Assembly: GCA_963777605.1 (NCBI GenBank)
Contig: CAVZRV010000007.1
Coordinates: 224,001-288,000, forward strand
DNA: 64,000 bases
DNA from: an uncultured Acidobacteriota bacterium
GTDB lineage: Bacteria > Acidobacteriota > UBA6911 > RPQK01 > JAPXNP01
Direction: 5' to 3'
Position 1 is the stretch's first letter. Every line of letters starts with the position of its first letter. Shown one piece after another: positions 16,907-27,064 of this stretch. The notes beneath the pieces are model-generated. The model had not been told where the DNA came from. It did no database searches and saw nothing but the letters and a program-made list of their open reading frames with translations. Both the position numbers and the translations under genes were made by a program.

Positions 16907-18835
16907 TCACCGCCCCGAGGCGGATGCGGAACCAGGCAGTTCAATGCGGAAGACCCCTTCGGCCACCGTTCCGGCGAGCAGTTCGCCGCTGTCGGTTCGG
17001 CTCAGGCTGGAAATTCGCGACAACTCCAGGCCAAGATTGATCGGCTCCCAGGTTTCCCCCGAATCCTGACTGGTGAAGAGGTATCCAACCAAAGGATCGG
17101 CGGCGACGACCTGGCCGGACTTTGGTCCGGGAGAGACCGCCACTATTTCAATCGGGAAGATTCCCCGGGCCTTCGTCCAGTGATCGCCACGATCGCCCGA
17201 AAAGAAGAGGCCTTCCTTGGTAGCGGCAAAGACCTTCCCGTCGGCGATGCTCAACGAGTTGACCGCGATGTAAGGCAGCCCCTCCACCTTGATCGCCCAG
17301 CTCTTTCCGTGGTCGTCGGAACGGAACACTCCCATCTCTGTCCCGATGTAACTCTCGCCCGTCTCTACCTCGCTCAGCACGCAGTTCACACCGCGGTCGT
17401 AGACAGGGAGCTTTCGGTGTGTGATCTGTCCACCCTTCCTGTCGAGCGAGAAGAGCCCTTCCCGAGCGGCGACCAGGAGACCTGATTCATCCGCCCCGGA
17501 AAACTGGATACCGTTCACGAAGAGCGCCTTGGAGGACGGGAGCTGGCTCCACGCCCGGCGGCCCGGGATGCCTCTGAATATCCCCTGGGTGGTCCCCAGG
17601 AAAACTTCGTCGGATCCGGCGGCGGGCAGGATCGCCCTGATTCCGGAAACCTGCAAACCGAGGCCATCGTTGTATGGCTTCCAGGTCGCACCCGCATCCT
17701 CCGACCAGAAGAATCCGCCGTGAGAACTGTCGAGCGCCACCGCAGCGAAAAACTCGTTGCCCTTTCCGGGACGGCTCGTCACCTGGGTGATCTGCCGCTG
17801 AATGAACCCGCTGTTGGACGAGATGAAGGTTCTCCCGCCATCGACCGTTGACAAGACCCCTGCATCGTCGGTTCCGAGAAGGATATGTAAGGGGTTTCGA
17901 GGGTGAATGAGAATCGAGTTGATCACTACCCCGGGCAGCAGGCACTCAAAGGAGTCTCCGCCGTTCGTCGAACGATAAAGTCCTTCGGTCGTCCCGACGT
18001 AGACTACTTCAGGTTTCCGAGGATCGAATCGGACGACCCGGGTCCGTTTGGCGTCGCCCGGGATCCCATTACGAAGCCGTGCCCACTTCGCCCCCGCGTT
18101 GACGGACCGATAAACCCCGGAGCAGGCTCCCGCCATCAAGTTGGAAGAGTCGAGCGGATTCACCTGGATCGAAAACAGGTCGCTGTCCCAGAACATGCCG
18201 TCGTGGATCGGCGTCCACTTCTCCCCGAGGTTTTCGGTCTTCCAGGCCAACCTCCACGTACCCACGTAGAGCGTTGAGGCATCACGCGGGTCGAACGCCA
18301 GCGAGTGAACGTTGTAAAGGCTCCGGTAGCCCCTGGTAATGCGCTCCCATTTTCGGCCGCCGTCCCGACTGAGCAGAACTCCCTCGGTGATCCCGACAGC
18401 AACGATCCGGGGGTCGGTGGGAGCCAGGGCAACCGCGCGGATGCTGCTTTCGAACATCCCCAGGTCCACGTGATGCCAAGTCTTCCCGGAATCTTCCGAG
18501 TGATACAGCCCCCCCTGGTCGCTCTTTAATTCCCAGCCGCCGACCCACATTTCGGCCGGGTTGGCCGGATTGATGACCACGCTGTCCACAACCAGCTCCC
18601 GCCGCTCGATCCCCGGCGAAAGCTTCTTCCACGCGCCCCCCCAATTATCGGAAACATAGATCTGCCCGTCGGCGGTACCCAGGAAGACCCGGTCCGGGTT
18701 TTCCGGGTGACCGGTCAGTGATCTGACATCACCACCGAACGGTCCGAGGGGGATCAAATCGGGTTCCGCCTGGAGCCAAGCGGCCCCGGCCAATACCCAC
18801 ACGACAAGAAGGGGAAGCAGTTTCGTTTTGATCAT
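16907..18835 (-). CDS. Secreted BNR/Asp-box beta-propeller protein (Ycf48/sortilin-like)
   Basis: Signal peptide from ATG 18835; GPFGGDVRSL; many S-x-D-x-G-x-x-W Asp-boxes. Confidence 0.85.
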   Translation of the reverse strand: MIKTKLLPLLVVWVLAGAAWLQAEPDLIPLGPFGGDVRSLTGHPENPDRVFLGTADGQIYVSDNWGGAWKKLSPGIERRELVVDSVVINPANPAEMWVGGWELKSDQGGLYHSEDSGKTWHHVDLGMFESSIRAVALAPTDPRIVAVGITEGVLLSRDGGRKWERITRGYRSLYNVHSLAFDPRDASTLYVGTWRLAWKTENLGEKWTPIHDGMFWDSDLFSIQVNPLDSSNLMAGACSGVYRSVNAGAKWARLRNGIPGDAKRTRVVRFDPRKPEVVYVGTTEGLYRSTNGGDSFECLLPGVVINSILIHPRNPLHILLGTDDAGVLSTVDGGRTFISSNSGFIQRQITQVTSRPGKGNEFFAAVALDSSHGGFFWSEDAGATWKPYNDGLGLQVSGIRAILPAAGSDEVFLGTTQGIFRGIPGRRAWSQLPSSKALFVNGIQFSGADESGLLVAAREGLFSLDRKGGQITHRKLPVYDRGVNCVLSEVETGESYIGTEMGVFRSDDHGKSWAIKVEGLPYIAVNSLSIADGKVFAATKEGLFFSGDRGDHWTKARGIFPIEIVAVSPGPKSGQVVAADPLVGYLFTSQDSGETWEPINLGLELSRISSLSRTDSGELLAGTVAEGVFRIELPGSASASGR

Positions 18836-18837
18836 AT

Positions 18838-18867
18838 AAAAAGGGCGGTGACCCATGGCCACCGCCC
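18838..18867 (-). terminator. Intrinsic terminator after the OmpA-family gene
   Basis: Minus strand GGGCGGTGGCC-ATG-GGTCACCGCCC followed by TTTTT. Confidence 0.75.
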
Positions 18868-18883
18868 AAATCTTAGCAGATCT

Positions 18884-18914
18884 GGATGTCGGGCGGGTCT
18901 CCCGCCCGACATCC
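18884..18914. repeat. Perfect 14-bp inverted repeat (REP-like/stabiliser hairpin)
   Basis: GGATGTCGGGCGGG-TCT-CCCGCCCGACATCC. Confidence 0.8.
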
Positions 18915-18923
18915 TTAAGGGAG

Positions 18924-21038
18924 CTAGGGAACGAAGAGTTCCACTTCCACTCTGCGGTTCTGCTTCCGACCCTCATCAGTCGAGTTGTCGGCAATCGGAT
19001 TGCTCTCGCCGGCACTCTTGGTCTCGATGCGGTTGGCATCGATCTTGTGCTGCTTGACGAGGTAATCCTTGACCGCTTCGGCCCGCTTCATTCCGACCGT
19101 CTCATTGGCCGATTCGCTACCCTGGTCATCGGTGTAGCCGGTGAGCCGCGCACGAAGCTGAGGATTCTGCTGCATCTTGAGTGCGATCTCATCCAACTGG
19201 GCCTTGGCCTTGTTGTCGGGCCGCGAGCCGGTCATCGGGATGATGACCTTTTCGACCACTGCGAAGGACTTGGTGCTGGTGCAACTGCCACCGCGATCGT
19301 CCTTAGCGGTCAGAGTGACGCTGTGCGAACCACCGGACATGCCGCCGGTGTTGATGGCGAGAGAAGATCCGCTCTCGGAACGGGACCTGCCGTCAACCTC
19401 CCAGCCGTAGCTGATGGGATCATTGTCCGGATCAGTCGCCTGACCTGAAGCAGTGACCGTTTCACCGGCGAACACATTCGTCGAGCTCAGGTTGAGCGAG
19501 CAACTCGGATTGTTGTTCGGTCGCAGATTCACGGTGACGTTGAATTCGCAACTGGCGCTCATGTTGTCGGTGTCGGTAACCGTGACCCGGACGTTCTTGC
19601 GGCCCTCGGTCTTCCCGGCGGTTCCAAACACGAACTCGGCGCTGTTGTTGGAAACCGACTGTCCATCCACGGTCCAGGAGTAGGTCAGAGCGTCACCATT
19701 GGGATCGGAAGCCGATGCCCGCAGCGTGGTCGACTGGCCCATAGTCACACTCTCGGTACCCGGGGTACAGCTGATCGTCGGAGCCATCTTCCGCTTCTCG
19801 ACAGTAATGTCGGAAGAACAACTGGCAACGTTGTCGCCGTCGCTGACCTCGAGCATCACGCTGTAGCGGCCAGGATCAAGCCCGGTCGTGTCGAGAGTGG
19901 CCGAGTTGTCACCCTGGCTCAGGGATCCGCCGCTTGTCTTCCAGTTGACCGACAAGTTGTCGTCGTCCGGGTCGGAGATCCTGGCGCTGACGGTGGCTTT
20001 CTCGCCTTCCGTGACCGTTGTGGCGCTGGAACTGCACTCCGCCGTCGGCGGCTTGTTGATGGTCCGCTTCAGGGCAGCCTGCACGTAGAAACCGGTGCAG
20101 TTGGCATCAACCACGCCGGGAACGCTCGTCCCGGTGAAGTGGTAGTTGGCCGCGCCGGTAAGAGACATCCACTTCGAGGGGAACACCCGAAGTCCGGCGT
20201 AAGCATCGATCGGATCGTCGGAATTAACGTAGGGGCTGGTGTCGCTGGAGCCATAGAACATGCGGCCCAGAACTTCACCGATCAGGTGGACGGACTGGGT
20301 ACCGAGCGGTGTTTCGAAACCGCCGCCCCAGTTAAAGCTGTCCTGCCGGTCGATTCCGGCACGGTCTCCGGCAAAGAGGAGGCCACCGTTGAAGGTGACT
20401 GTTCCCCCTCCGGCAATGTTCTTGGACAGGATCATGTCAAACCCACCGTCCGTCGCGCCCGAGGTCAATCCGCGAAGCAGGTGCTGACGGTCGTTGGTCA
20501 CGTGGAATTTAACAATCGGCTGAACCGCCAGGCCAACCGGCCCGCCGTGGCGTTCCGAAAGGAGGTTGAATTTCACGCCGGCCCAGAGATCTCCTGAGCC
20601 GTCGCCGAACCCTACGTCCATGTACGGCGACTCGTTATAAAAGCCAACCACGCCGCCCGGTTGATTGTTATTCAAGACCGCCGGCACCAAGGCGCCACGA
20701 GGCAGAATCTTGTTGACCACAATGTCGTCAGCGTTGACACGCTTATAGGCCTCCATAGACCCGAACAGCTCAATGCGGTCTGTGAGTCCCACGGTGAAGG
20801 AGACCGGAAAGATCGTGTAGTCAATCTGACCCGGATCACGGTTGAACTTGTGAGCATTCACCGATATGGCGAACTCCCCCTGTCGGAAGGTGTCCGCTAC
20901 CGAAAGATTAAAAAGTCCAGTGCTGCCGCGATGAGTCGGCGTCAGCAACTTGATCTTTTCCTTGTCCTGGGCGACCGCAAGGCCCGCCAGGACGGCGACC
21001 ACCGTCAGGATCAATAAAAAGTGTTTAGGCCGAAGCAT
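18924..21038 (-). CDS. OmpA-family outer-membrane protein: N-terminal barrel-like domain, three Ig/PKD-like repeats, OmpA_C
   Basis: Signal peptide; three DP(D/N)xD..W repeats each with a Cys pair; GYTD..G..N..RAEAV..GR..NRRVE; strong AGGAGG SD. Confidence 0.9.
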   Translation of the reverse strand: MLRPKHFLLILTVVAVLAGLAVAQDKEKIKLLTPTHRGSTGLFNLSVADTFRQGEFAISVNAHKFNRDPGQIDYTIFPVSFTVGLTDRIELFGSMEAYKRVNADDIVVNKILPRGALVPAVLNNNQPGGVVGFYNESPYMDVGFGDGSGDLWAGVKFNLLSERHGGPVGLAVQPIVKFHVTNDRQHLLRGLTSGATDGGFDMILSKNIAGGGTVTFNGGLLFAGDRAGIDRQDSFNWGGGFETPLGTQSVHLIGEVLGRMFYGSSDTSPYVNSDDPIDAYAGLRVFPSKWMSLTGAANYHFTGTSVPGVVDANCTGFYVQAALKRTINKPPTAECSSSATTVTEGEKATVSARISDPDDDNLSVNWKTSGGSLSQGDNSATLDTTGLDPGRYSVMLEVSDGDNVASCSSDITVEKRKMAPTISCTPGTESVTMGQSTTLRASASDPNGDALTYSWTVDGQSVSNNSAEFVFGTAGKTEGRKNVRVTVTDTDNMSASCEFNVTVNLRPNNNPSCSLNLSSTNVFAGETVTASGQATDPDNDPISYGWEVDGRSRSESGSSLAINTGGMSGGSHSVTLTAKDDRGGSCTSTKSFAVVEKVIIPMTGSRPDNKAKAQLDEIALKMQQNPQLRARLTGYTDDQGSESANETVGMKRAEAVKDYLVKQHKIDANRIETKSAGESNPIADNSTDEGRKQNRRVEVELFVP

Positions 21039-21350
21039 AGCTCTACCTCCTGAGTAACGTCTCTGCGCGTATGCCTGAAATACAAAAATTCCCTATCAAA
21101 GTTTTCGCGCACCAAAAAAAGATATTACAGCACTCTCTCCAAGCTACCAATAGTATCCGCTGTTTCTCTCAACAGCAAATGTAAGGCAAGTTCTGCAAAC
21201 TCGCAAGAGTACAGTCACTTCCGTGACTTCGCGAGTATACCATTGCATCCTCGGATCGGTAACCAGCGAATTTCCAACTCCTGCCTGAAGTGACTCCGCA
21301 AGTCCGAACGGGTTTCTCAGACGGACCCCAACCCAATACAATCGCCTGTA

Positions 21351-22091
21351 ATGGATGATTTTGAGAGCCAAGAGTCGCAACTTTTGTCAGGAAAGATCGC
21401 ACTCGCGCACCGAATTGGGAATGCCATCGAGGTTCTTTTGGTAGCCCTTTTCGGGTCACTGCTCGTTCCCATGGCATTCTCCGTGGCCGGAATTTCTCCC
21501 GAGCAAATCCTTCGCAACCTTGGGTACCTCGTCAGTCTCCTGCTGACAGAAGCCTCGGTTACGCTGCTGGTAATTCTCGGGTTGCTCAAACTGAGAGGGC
21601 AAACCCTGCGCGATCTGGGGTGGAGATTTGGCTCTCCGCTGCGAGAGAGTCTGGCCGGACTGCTGTTCGTTCCCGCCCTTTTCACGACGGTGTTCCTGGT
21701 CAGTGCTTCATTTCGGACGCTGCTGCCGGAGTACGCAACCCAGGACAACCCGCTCCTGGGCCTGATCCGCAGCCCCGGCGACCTGTTGCTGATGATCATC
21801 AGCAGCATCTACGTGGGAGGGTTCAAGGAGGAGATTCAGAGAGCGTTCGTGCTGAATCGCTTCCAGGAGAACCTGGGCGGCGCAGTGCCCGGACTGGTGA
21901 TCTGGAGCGTTTTCTTTGGCTATGGACACATGGTGCAGGGCATCGACAACGCGATCGGCGCAGGTCTCCTGGGACTACTATTTGGCCTGCTTTACCTCTG
22001 GAGGCGCAGTCTCACGGCCCCCATCCTGGCTCACGCCGCCTACGACGTTCTGACCGTCACGATCTTCTGGACTTTCGTCGGCCGCAGCTAG
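21351..22091 (+). CDS. CPBP (Abi/CAAX) intramembrane metalloprotease
   Basis: EEIQRA (EExxxR-like), FGYGH, AHAAYD motifs; multiple TMs. Confidence 0.88.
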   Translation: MDDFESQESQLLSGKIALAHRIGNAIEVLLVALFGSLLVPMAFSVAGISPEQILRNLGYLVSLLLTEASVTLLVILGLLKLRGQTLRDLGWRFGSPLRESLAGLLFVPALFTTVFLVSASFRTLLPEYATQDNPLLGLIRSPGDLLLMIISSIYVGGFKEEIQRAFVLNRFQENLGGAVPGLVIWSVFFGYGHMVQGIDNAIGAGLLGLLFGLLYLWRRSLTAPILAHAAYDVLTVTIFWTFVGRS

Positions 22092-22877
22092 CCGCGTCAG
22101 CGCAGCCTCGGCCGCCTGCTGTTCAGCTTCCTTCTTGGAACGCCCCTTTCCCTGGGCAATTTCTTCCCCGGCGTGCAGAACCGAAACCAGGAATTCTTTC
22201 CGGTGCTCCGGGCCTCTCTCCGCGACCACCCGGTACCGGGGAGTCGCCCAGTGCATTCGGTGAAAGGTCTCCTGCAGAGTGGACTTGTGATCTCTCAGGA
22301 GAACTTCCCCCCGGGCGATCTCGGCGAGCTTATCCCGAAATTCAGCGAGCACAAAATCCCGGGTCACACGGAGCCCGCCGTCCAGATAAACGGCTGCAAC
22401 CAGGCTCTCGAAAACGTCGGCAAGGATTGCCCTCTTCTGCCCACCTCCCGTTTTCGCCTCACCTCGGCTGAATCGGACGAACCGACCCAGATTGATTCGG
22501 CGGGACAGCGCGGAGAGTTGCCGAGTCGAGACGAGGTGGGCACGCAACTTGGTCAGGGCCCCCTCCGTCATTTCGCTGTAAGTCAGGAAGAGGAACTCGG
22601 CAATGATGAATCCGAGGATTGCGTCGCCCAGGAACTCGAGTGATTCGTAGTCATCGACGCGAGAGGACTCCTCTCCCTGCTGTTCGTATGCGTACGACTT
22701 GTGTGTCAGAGCGCGGTCGAGAAGTCGGTGATTCTTGAACTGGTAACCGATCGCTCCCTCAAGGGCCTGAAGTTCCTCGATCCGCTCCTCGGAGAGAATG
22801 TGCCGCGAATCGTCGAGTTGATCGACCGCCGTCTCGGATCGAATGCTCCGTATGAAGGAGATCGCCTTTCGCCACAC
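21978..22877 (-). CDS. rnc: Ribonuclease III
   Basis: ALTHKS, ESLEFLGDA, LADVFES, dsRBD (HKSTLQE..GPEH..F..GRSKKEAEQ); likely GTG start at 22877 after GGAG. Confidence 0.95.
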   Translation of the reverse strand: MWRKAISFIRSIRSETAVDQLDDSRHILSEERIEELQALEGAIGYQFKNHRLLDRALTHKSYAYEQQGEESSRVDDYESLEFLGDAILGFIIAEFLFLTYSEMTEGALTKLRAHLVSTRQLSALSRRINLGRFVRFSRGEAKTGGGQKRAILADVFESLVAAVYLDGGLRVTRDFVLAEFRDKLAEIARGEVLLRDHKSTLQETFHRMHWATPRYRVVAERGPEHRKEFLVSVLHAGEEIAQGKGRSKKEAEQQAAEAALTRLAAADESPEDRDGQNVVGGVSQDGGRETAPPEVKQAK

Positions 22878-22908
22878 CCTCTGTCTCCCCAGAACCTGAC
22901 TGACCGGA

Positions 22909-23916
22909 TCAGCGCTGCGGATTTGGTACAGCCGCCGGTGTCGCAACGGTATTTGTCGTCGCCGAAGCCTGCGTGGCCTGAATCTCCCGGGCCTGTTGCT
23001 GACCAAGAGCCGTCAGTTCCTGCTCCATCCGGGCTCCCGCTTCGGAAACGATCTCGTCAAACGACTTGGCAGCCCACTCGGAGTCCGGCATCTTTGACTT
23101 GATGATGCCGAGCACTTCCTCCAACTGCTGTCGCGCCGCCTGGGCGGCGATTCCCTGAATCGCGACCGCGCGGCCGTAAGCCATCAACATCGGGCCGACA
23201 TTCCCTATTTTGCGCTGCGCAAAGGCGAGACGCAAGGCGGCGTAGTCGTGGCGCGGATTGTTTCGAAGTGCGGCCTCCAGATAATTGATGGACCGAGAAA
23301 GGTTGGCATCCGGGTTGGGCCCATTTCCAGAGTTGATTTTACTGAGGTAAGCGCGCCCGAGGGCGTAATAGGCCTCGGCCCGCACGTGGTACACCTGCAA
23401 GACCCAACTGGATGCCATCTCCGGGTCAGGCCTTTCCATGGCCTCAATCCGCTGAATTGCCTCATTCGCCCGCTTGATGGCCAGGTCAGGCTTCTTGCCC
23501 TCGGCATAAACAAAAGCCAGTTCGCTCAGGAGGTCGGCGACACCCGGCAACTCGGCGACCGCCTTCTCGGCGTGATCGATGAAACTCGCAGTATTGCCGG
23601 TCTGGAAGTCATTCTGAGCGATCAGGTAATGTGCCCTCGGAACCAGTCCACTCTGCGGGTACTGCTCCAGGAACTGACTGGCCAGGTTCGCCTGCTCTGC
23701 CGACGACGGGGCACTTTCGACTAGTTTCCAGGCATCAGCCTCCGCCTGAGTGCTGGGGCTTCCCGCCACGCTAGAGTCCGCAGCGGGACTCGCTTTCTTC
23801 GGATTGGCTTCGGCCCATACACGCGGCTGAGGCTCGCTCTGTTGTTGACTCAGGGCCACACCCGAAAGACTCAGGCAAAGCGCAACTCCGGTCGCGCAGG
23901 CTTTCCACTTCGACAT
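22909..23916 (-). CDS. Secreted TPR-repeat protein
   Basis: Signal peptide, FLEQYPQS, AEAYYALG TPR-like helices, AGGAGG SD. Confidence 0.75.
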   Translation of the reverse strand: MSKWKACATGVALCLSLSGVALSQQQSEPQPRVWAEANPKKASPAADSSVAGSPSTQAEADAWKLVESAPSSAEQANLASQFLEQYPQSGLVPRAHYLIAQNDFQTGNTASFIDHAEKAVAELPGVADLLSELAFVYAEGKKPDLAIKRANEAIQRIEAMERPDPEMASSWVLQVYHVRAEAYYALGRAYLSKINSGNGPNPDANLSRSINYLEAALRNNPRHDYAALRLAFAQRKIGNVGPMLMAYGRAVAIQGIAAQAARQQLEEVLGIIKSKMPDSEWAAKSFDEIVSEAGARMEQELTALGQQQAREIQATQASATTNTVATPAAVPNPQR

Positions 23917-23934
23917 CTGTAAACCTCCTAAGTG

Positions 23935-25532
23935 TCAGCGCTCCGGGGGAGGCAGGACTTTGACAGACTCCTGCGCGGCCCGGCGCGCTCCATTGAAATC
24001 TTCGCCGGCTTCAATCACCTGCTCGAACCTGCGGCGAGCTTCCACGAATTTCCCTTCGTGTGCCAGGTAGCGGCCGATTCTGACCGAACACCAGGCTTTC
24101 ACCCAAGGCTGGGCACCTGACGATACCTCCGCCTTCCGGTAATAGTCCATAGCCGCCTCATGCTCCTGCTTCTGGGCGGCAATCTGCCCGAGGTAGAACA
24201 GCGCATCGCCGTTATCAGGCGCAACGTCGAGCAGTTCGTTCAATCGACTCTCGGCCTGATCCCACTGACGGCCGCTCATGAACTCGCTGGCCTCCCGGAA
24301 AAGCCTGATTTTCCGGTTCGCTTCATCCACGGCTTGCTGCCGTTCAACCAGTTCCGCCTGCCGTTTTGTCTCGTCCGCCTGGTCAGCCGCATTCAGCTTT
24401 TTCTCCAAAGCGAGGATCGTGGCGGCGTCCTGGTTGATTTCGTCCTCCGAAATCGCGCCCAGAGAGTCCGCCAGAAAGGCCGGGAAAGTGACGTTCGGCA
24501 AGGCCTCGTACTTCTGGAGCGCCCTCAGGAAGTAAGGGGTAAAAATCAGCCCCCTTCTGAACAGGCTCACATTCTCGCGGTCCCAGTCGTCGGGAGGATG
24601 AAGCCGGTGGAGCACCGCCTCGACGAGGGACTCAGTCAGAATCAACAGGAACCGGCCATGGAAATCCTTTGCCAGGTTCGGCTGCTGCTCAGAAAGAGCG
24701 AGCAGAGAACGAAGCTTCAAGGCCTGGCCGCCCTGCTTCTCGACGAGCGGGTCGAGCAGGAAATGAAGGTATTCGTGCTGCAGTTCGACTGCGTTCCCTT
24801 CGTGGTCGCCTGCAGGACCAACAACGATGTAATAGACCCGTTCCAGGTTGCGGGCATGCACCACGTTCCTGAAGCCGAACAGGTCCGGCATGATCACGAT
24901 CGAACGGTCCAGGACGACGCGAGCCGGAATTCGGAAGTATTGGAGCGTCGCTCGCATGACCCTTTTCACGATAGGGCCGTAGCCTTCCAGTTCCCTGCTG
25001 TAATCGGGCCGGTATTTCTCCCACAACATCTCAATCCCGGCTTTGCGGTAGAACTCGGGAAGGAGTTCCTCGAAGCCAAGAATCCGCTTGACGTCAAGCG
25101 GAATCTCGGGCGCATTGTCCATCAACCGAAAATCAGGGGGACCGGTCAGAAGCAGGGCAAGCGACGTGTAGGCGGTGTGCTGAGCCTCGTCGGATCCCAA
25201 TGAATGGGCCGCAAACATGACCCGGAGGCGACCTTTGAGGCTCGGGTCCAGGTTCCTCAGGTCCTCCCGCAGCCGGGAGACGATTTCCATGTCGAGCTGT
25301 TCTTCATGGCCTCGGCCAAAACCCGCCACGGTCGCCGCAGCCATTACAGTGAAGACCCGGATATCGGTCCGCAGTTCGATGTTGAGAAGATCCTCAACTT
25401 CACCCTGGAGAGGACAATCCGCGAGCGTGTTTGAGCCGCCTGTCCGAACAGGGCAGCGCCCTGGCCAAAGAGAACAGGCAGGAGAACAACGATGACAACG
25501 GTCGCCCGGACCAACTGGAGTTTACGATTCAT
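23935..25532 (-). pseudogene. Secreted TPR protein split by a single-base frameshift near 25405-25420 (real or assembly error)
   Basis: Signal peptide MNRKLQLVRATVVIVVLL lies in one frame; GEVEDLLNIELRTDIRVFTVMAA... continues in another frame that has no start codon upstream of 25344; HEYLH motif and C-terminal TPRs. Confidence 0.7.
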
Positions 25533-25590
25533 TCAAGTGAAGGGCTATCTTATCGAATGCCCGGCTTCGAGTTCCACTTGCGCCACCCTG

Positions 25591-26052
25591 TCATTCCCCG
25601 CGGCGGATCGCCCGAAACCGCTTAATGAACCAGAGCGCAAATGGATAAGCCAGAACTGCCAGAATGAACGAAAGGGCCAGGGATCCAGTAAACGCGGGGA
25701 TCAGCAGCCGCCACTGGCCGGCAAGCCAAAGCCAGAACTGGCGGGAGAATAACTCCAGGAAGCCGACCTCGGGCAGGGACAGTGCATTCTCCATCCCCAT
25801 GAGGTGAATCCCCACCCAGGTCGCGAAAGTGTAATAGGGCACGGCTACCCACGGAGCGTTCACCCAGACTCCGATCAGAATCGCGGCCCGGTTGAGCCGG
25901 AACAGGAGAGCCAGGGACACGCCGAGGACAGTGTGCAGGCCCAACAGAGGAGAGAAACCGAGAAGCACGCCGAGGGCAAAAGCCAGGGCCGTCCGTTCCG
26001 GTGTATCCGGGACCTGTGCCAGCGCCGAAACAACCCCACGAATCCAGTTCAC
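25591..26052 (-). CDS. DUF2062 membrane protein
   Basis: TPERTALAFALG..P.LG.HT, RLN, NAP motifs. Confidence 0.88.
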   Translation of the reverse strand: MNWIRGVVSALAQVPDTPERTALAFALGVLLGFSPLLGLHTVLGVSLALLFRLNRAAILIGVWVNAPWVAVPYYTFATWVGIHLMGMENALSLPEVGFLELFSRQFWLWLAGQWRLLIPAFTGSLALSFILAVLAYPFALWFIKRFRAIRRGE

Positions 26053-27062
26053 TTGAAGTGGTCAAATCCTTTGGCTTCGAGAGTCTCGCATCGCCCCTCA
26101 CGTCGAAGCGCAAGTTGTGGGATTCCCTCTATAATCGTTCCTATTCGTTTCGGCACCGGCCACTCCGGCCTCCAGCCAGTCTCGAACTCCTGTACCCGGG
26201 CGGGATCGATGGTGAACGCCAGGGCGTAGTCCTCCCCGCCATCGAGCGCATGCTCGAGCGCCAAGTCGCCGGCGACACCGTGCGGGAGAGGGATCGCTTC
26301 AACCATCAGCTCCGCGGCCACCCCACTTTCTTCCAGGAGGTGCAGCACATCCGAGGCGAGGCCGTCGCTTACGTCGATCATGCTGGTTGCCAATCCGGTT
26401 TCCTGAAGGAACCGCCCTTCGTCCACCAACGCGTCCGGAAACAGGTGGCCAGCCACCCACTCAAAGGCCGCCTCGCGTCCCAATATCTCCCGTAGATCGC
26501 GCCGGTCCCCAACGCGCTCAAATCCCCGATCGACGTGCTCCTTCAGATACTGCATTCCCAAACGGGAGTAGCCCAGCCGGCCGGCGACATAGAGCAGATC
26601 GCCGGAGCGGGCGCCGGAGCGTAAGACGGGTTCTCCCGAATCGACCCCGCCCATCGCCGTCACCGACAATGTCAGAATGGACGACGAGGAGAGGTCCCCA
26701 CCGACGAGCGACATTCCGTACTCCTCGGCGGTATCCACGAAACCGCCCACCATTTCCTCGAACTCGCTCTCTGCCAGATCCGGCGGAACAGCCATCGCCA
26801 ACTGGCAGGCAATTGGCCGGGCGCCCATCGCAGCGAGGTCGCTGACGTTCACGACGCAGGCCTTTCGCCCGAGGAGCCGGGGCCCGATCCAACTGCGATC
26901 GAAGTGAACCTGTTCCACCAGCAGGTCGGTCGTCACCAGCAGGCGGTGGAGTGACCCGGGGTCGAAAACGGCACAGTCATCCCCGATATCCCGCAACAGG
27001 CCGGGTGGAGAAGATCGCTCCAGGCGTCGGATGAACGCGATGCGTTTGAATTCACAACTCAT
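26049..27062 (-). CDS. thiL: Thiamine-monophosphate kinase
   Basis: IGDDCA, VEQVHF, NVSDLAAMGA, DVSDGL, GGEDY, GFDHF. Confidence 0.95.
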   Translation of the reverse strand: MSCEFKRIAFIRRLERSSPPGLLRDIGDDCAVFDPGSLHRLLVTTDLLVEQVHFDRSWIGPRLLGRKACVVNVSDLAAMGARPIACQLAMAVPPDLAESEFEEMVGGFVDTAEEYGMSLVGGDLSSSSILTLSVTAMGGVDSGEPVLRSGARSGDLLYVAGRLGYSRLGMQYLKEHVDRGFERVGDRRDLREILGREAAFEWVAGHLFPDALVDEGRFLQETGLATSMIDVSDGLASDVLHLLEESGVAAELMVEAIPLPHGVAGDLALEHALDGGEDYALAFTIDPARVQEFETGWRPEWPVPKRIGTIIEGIPQLALRREGRCETLEAKGFDHFK

Positions 27063-27064
27063 AG

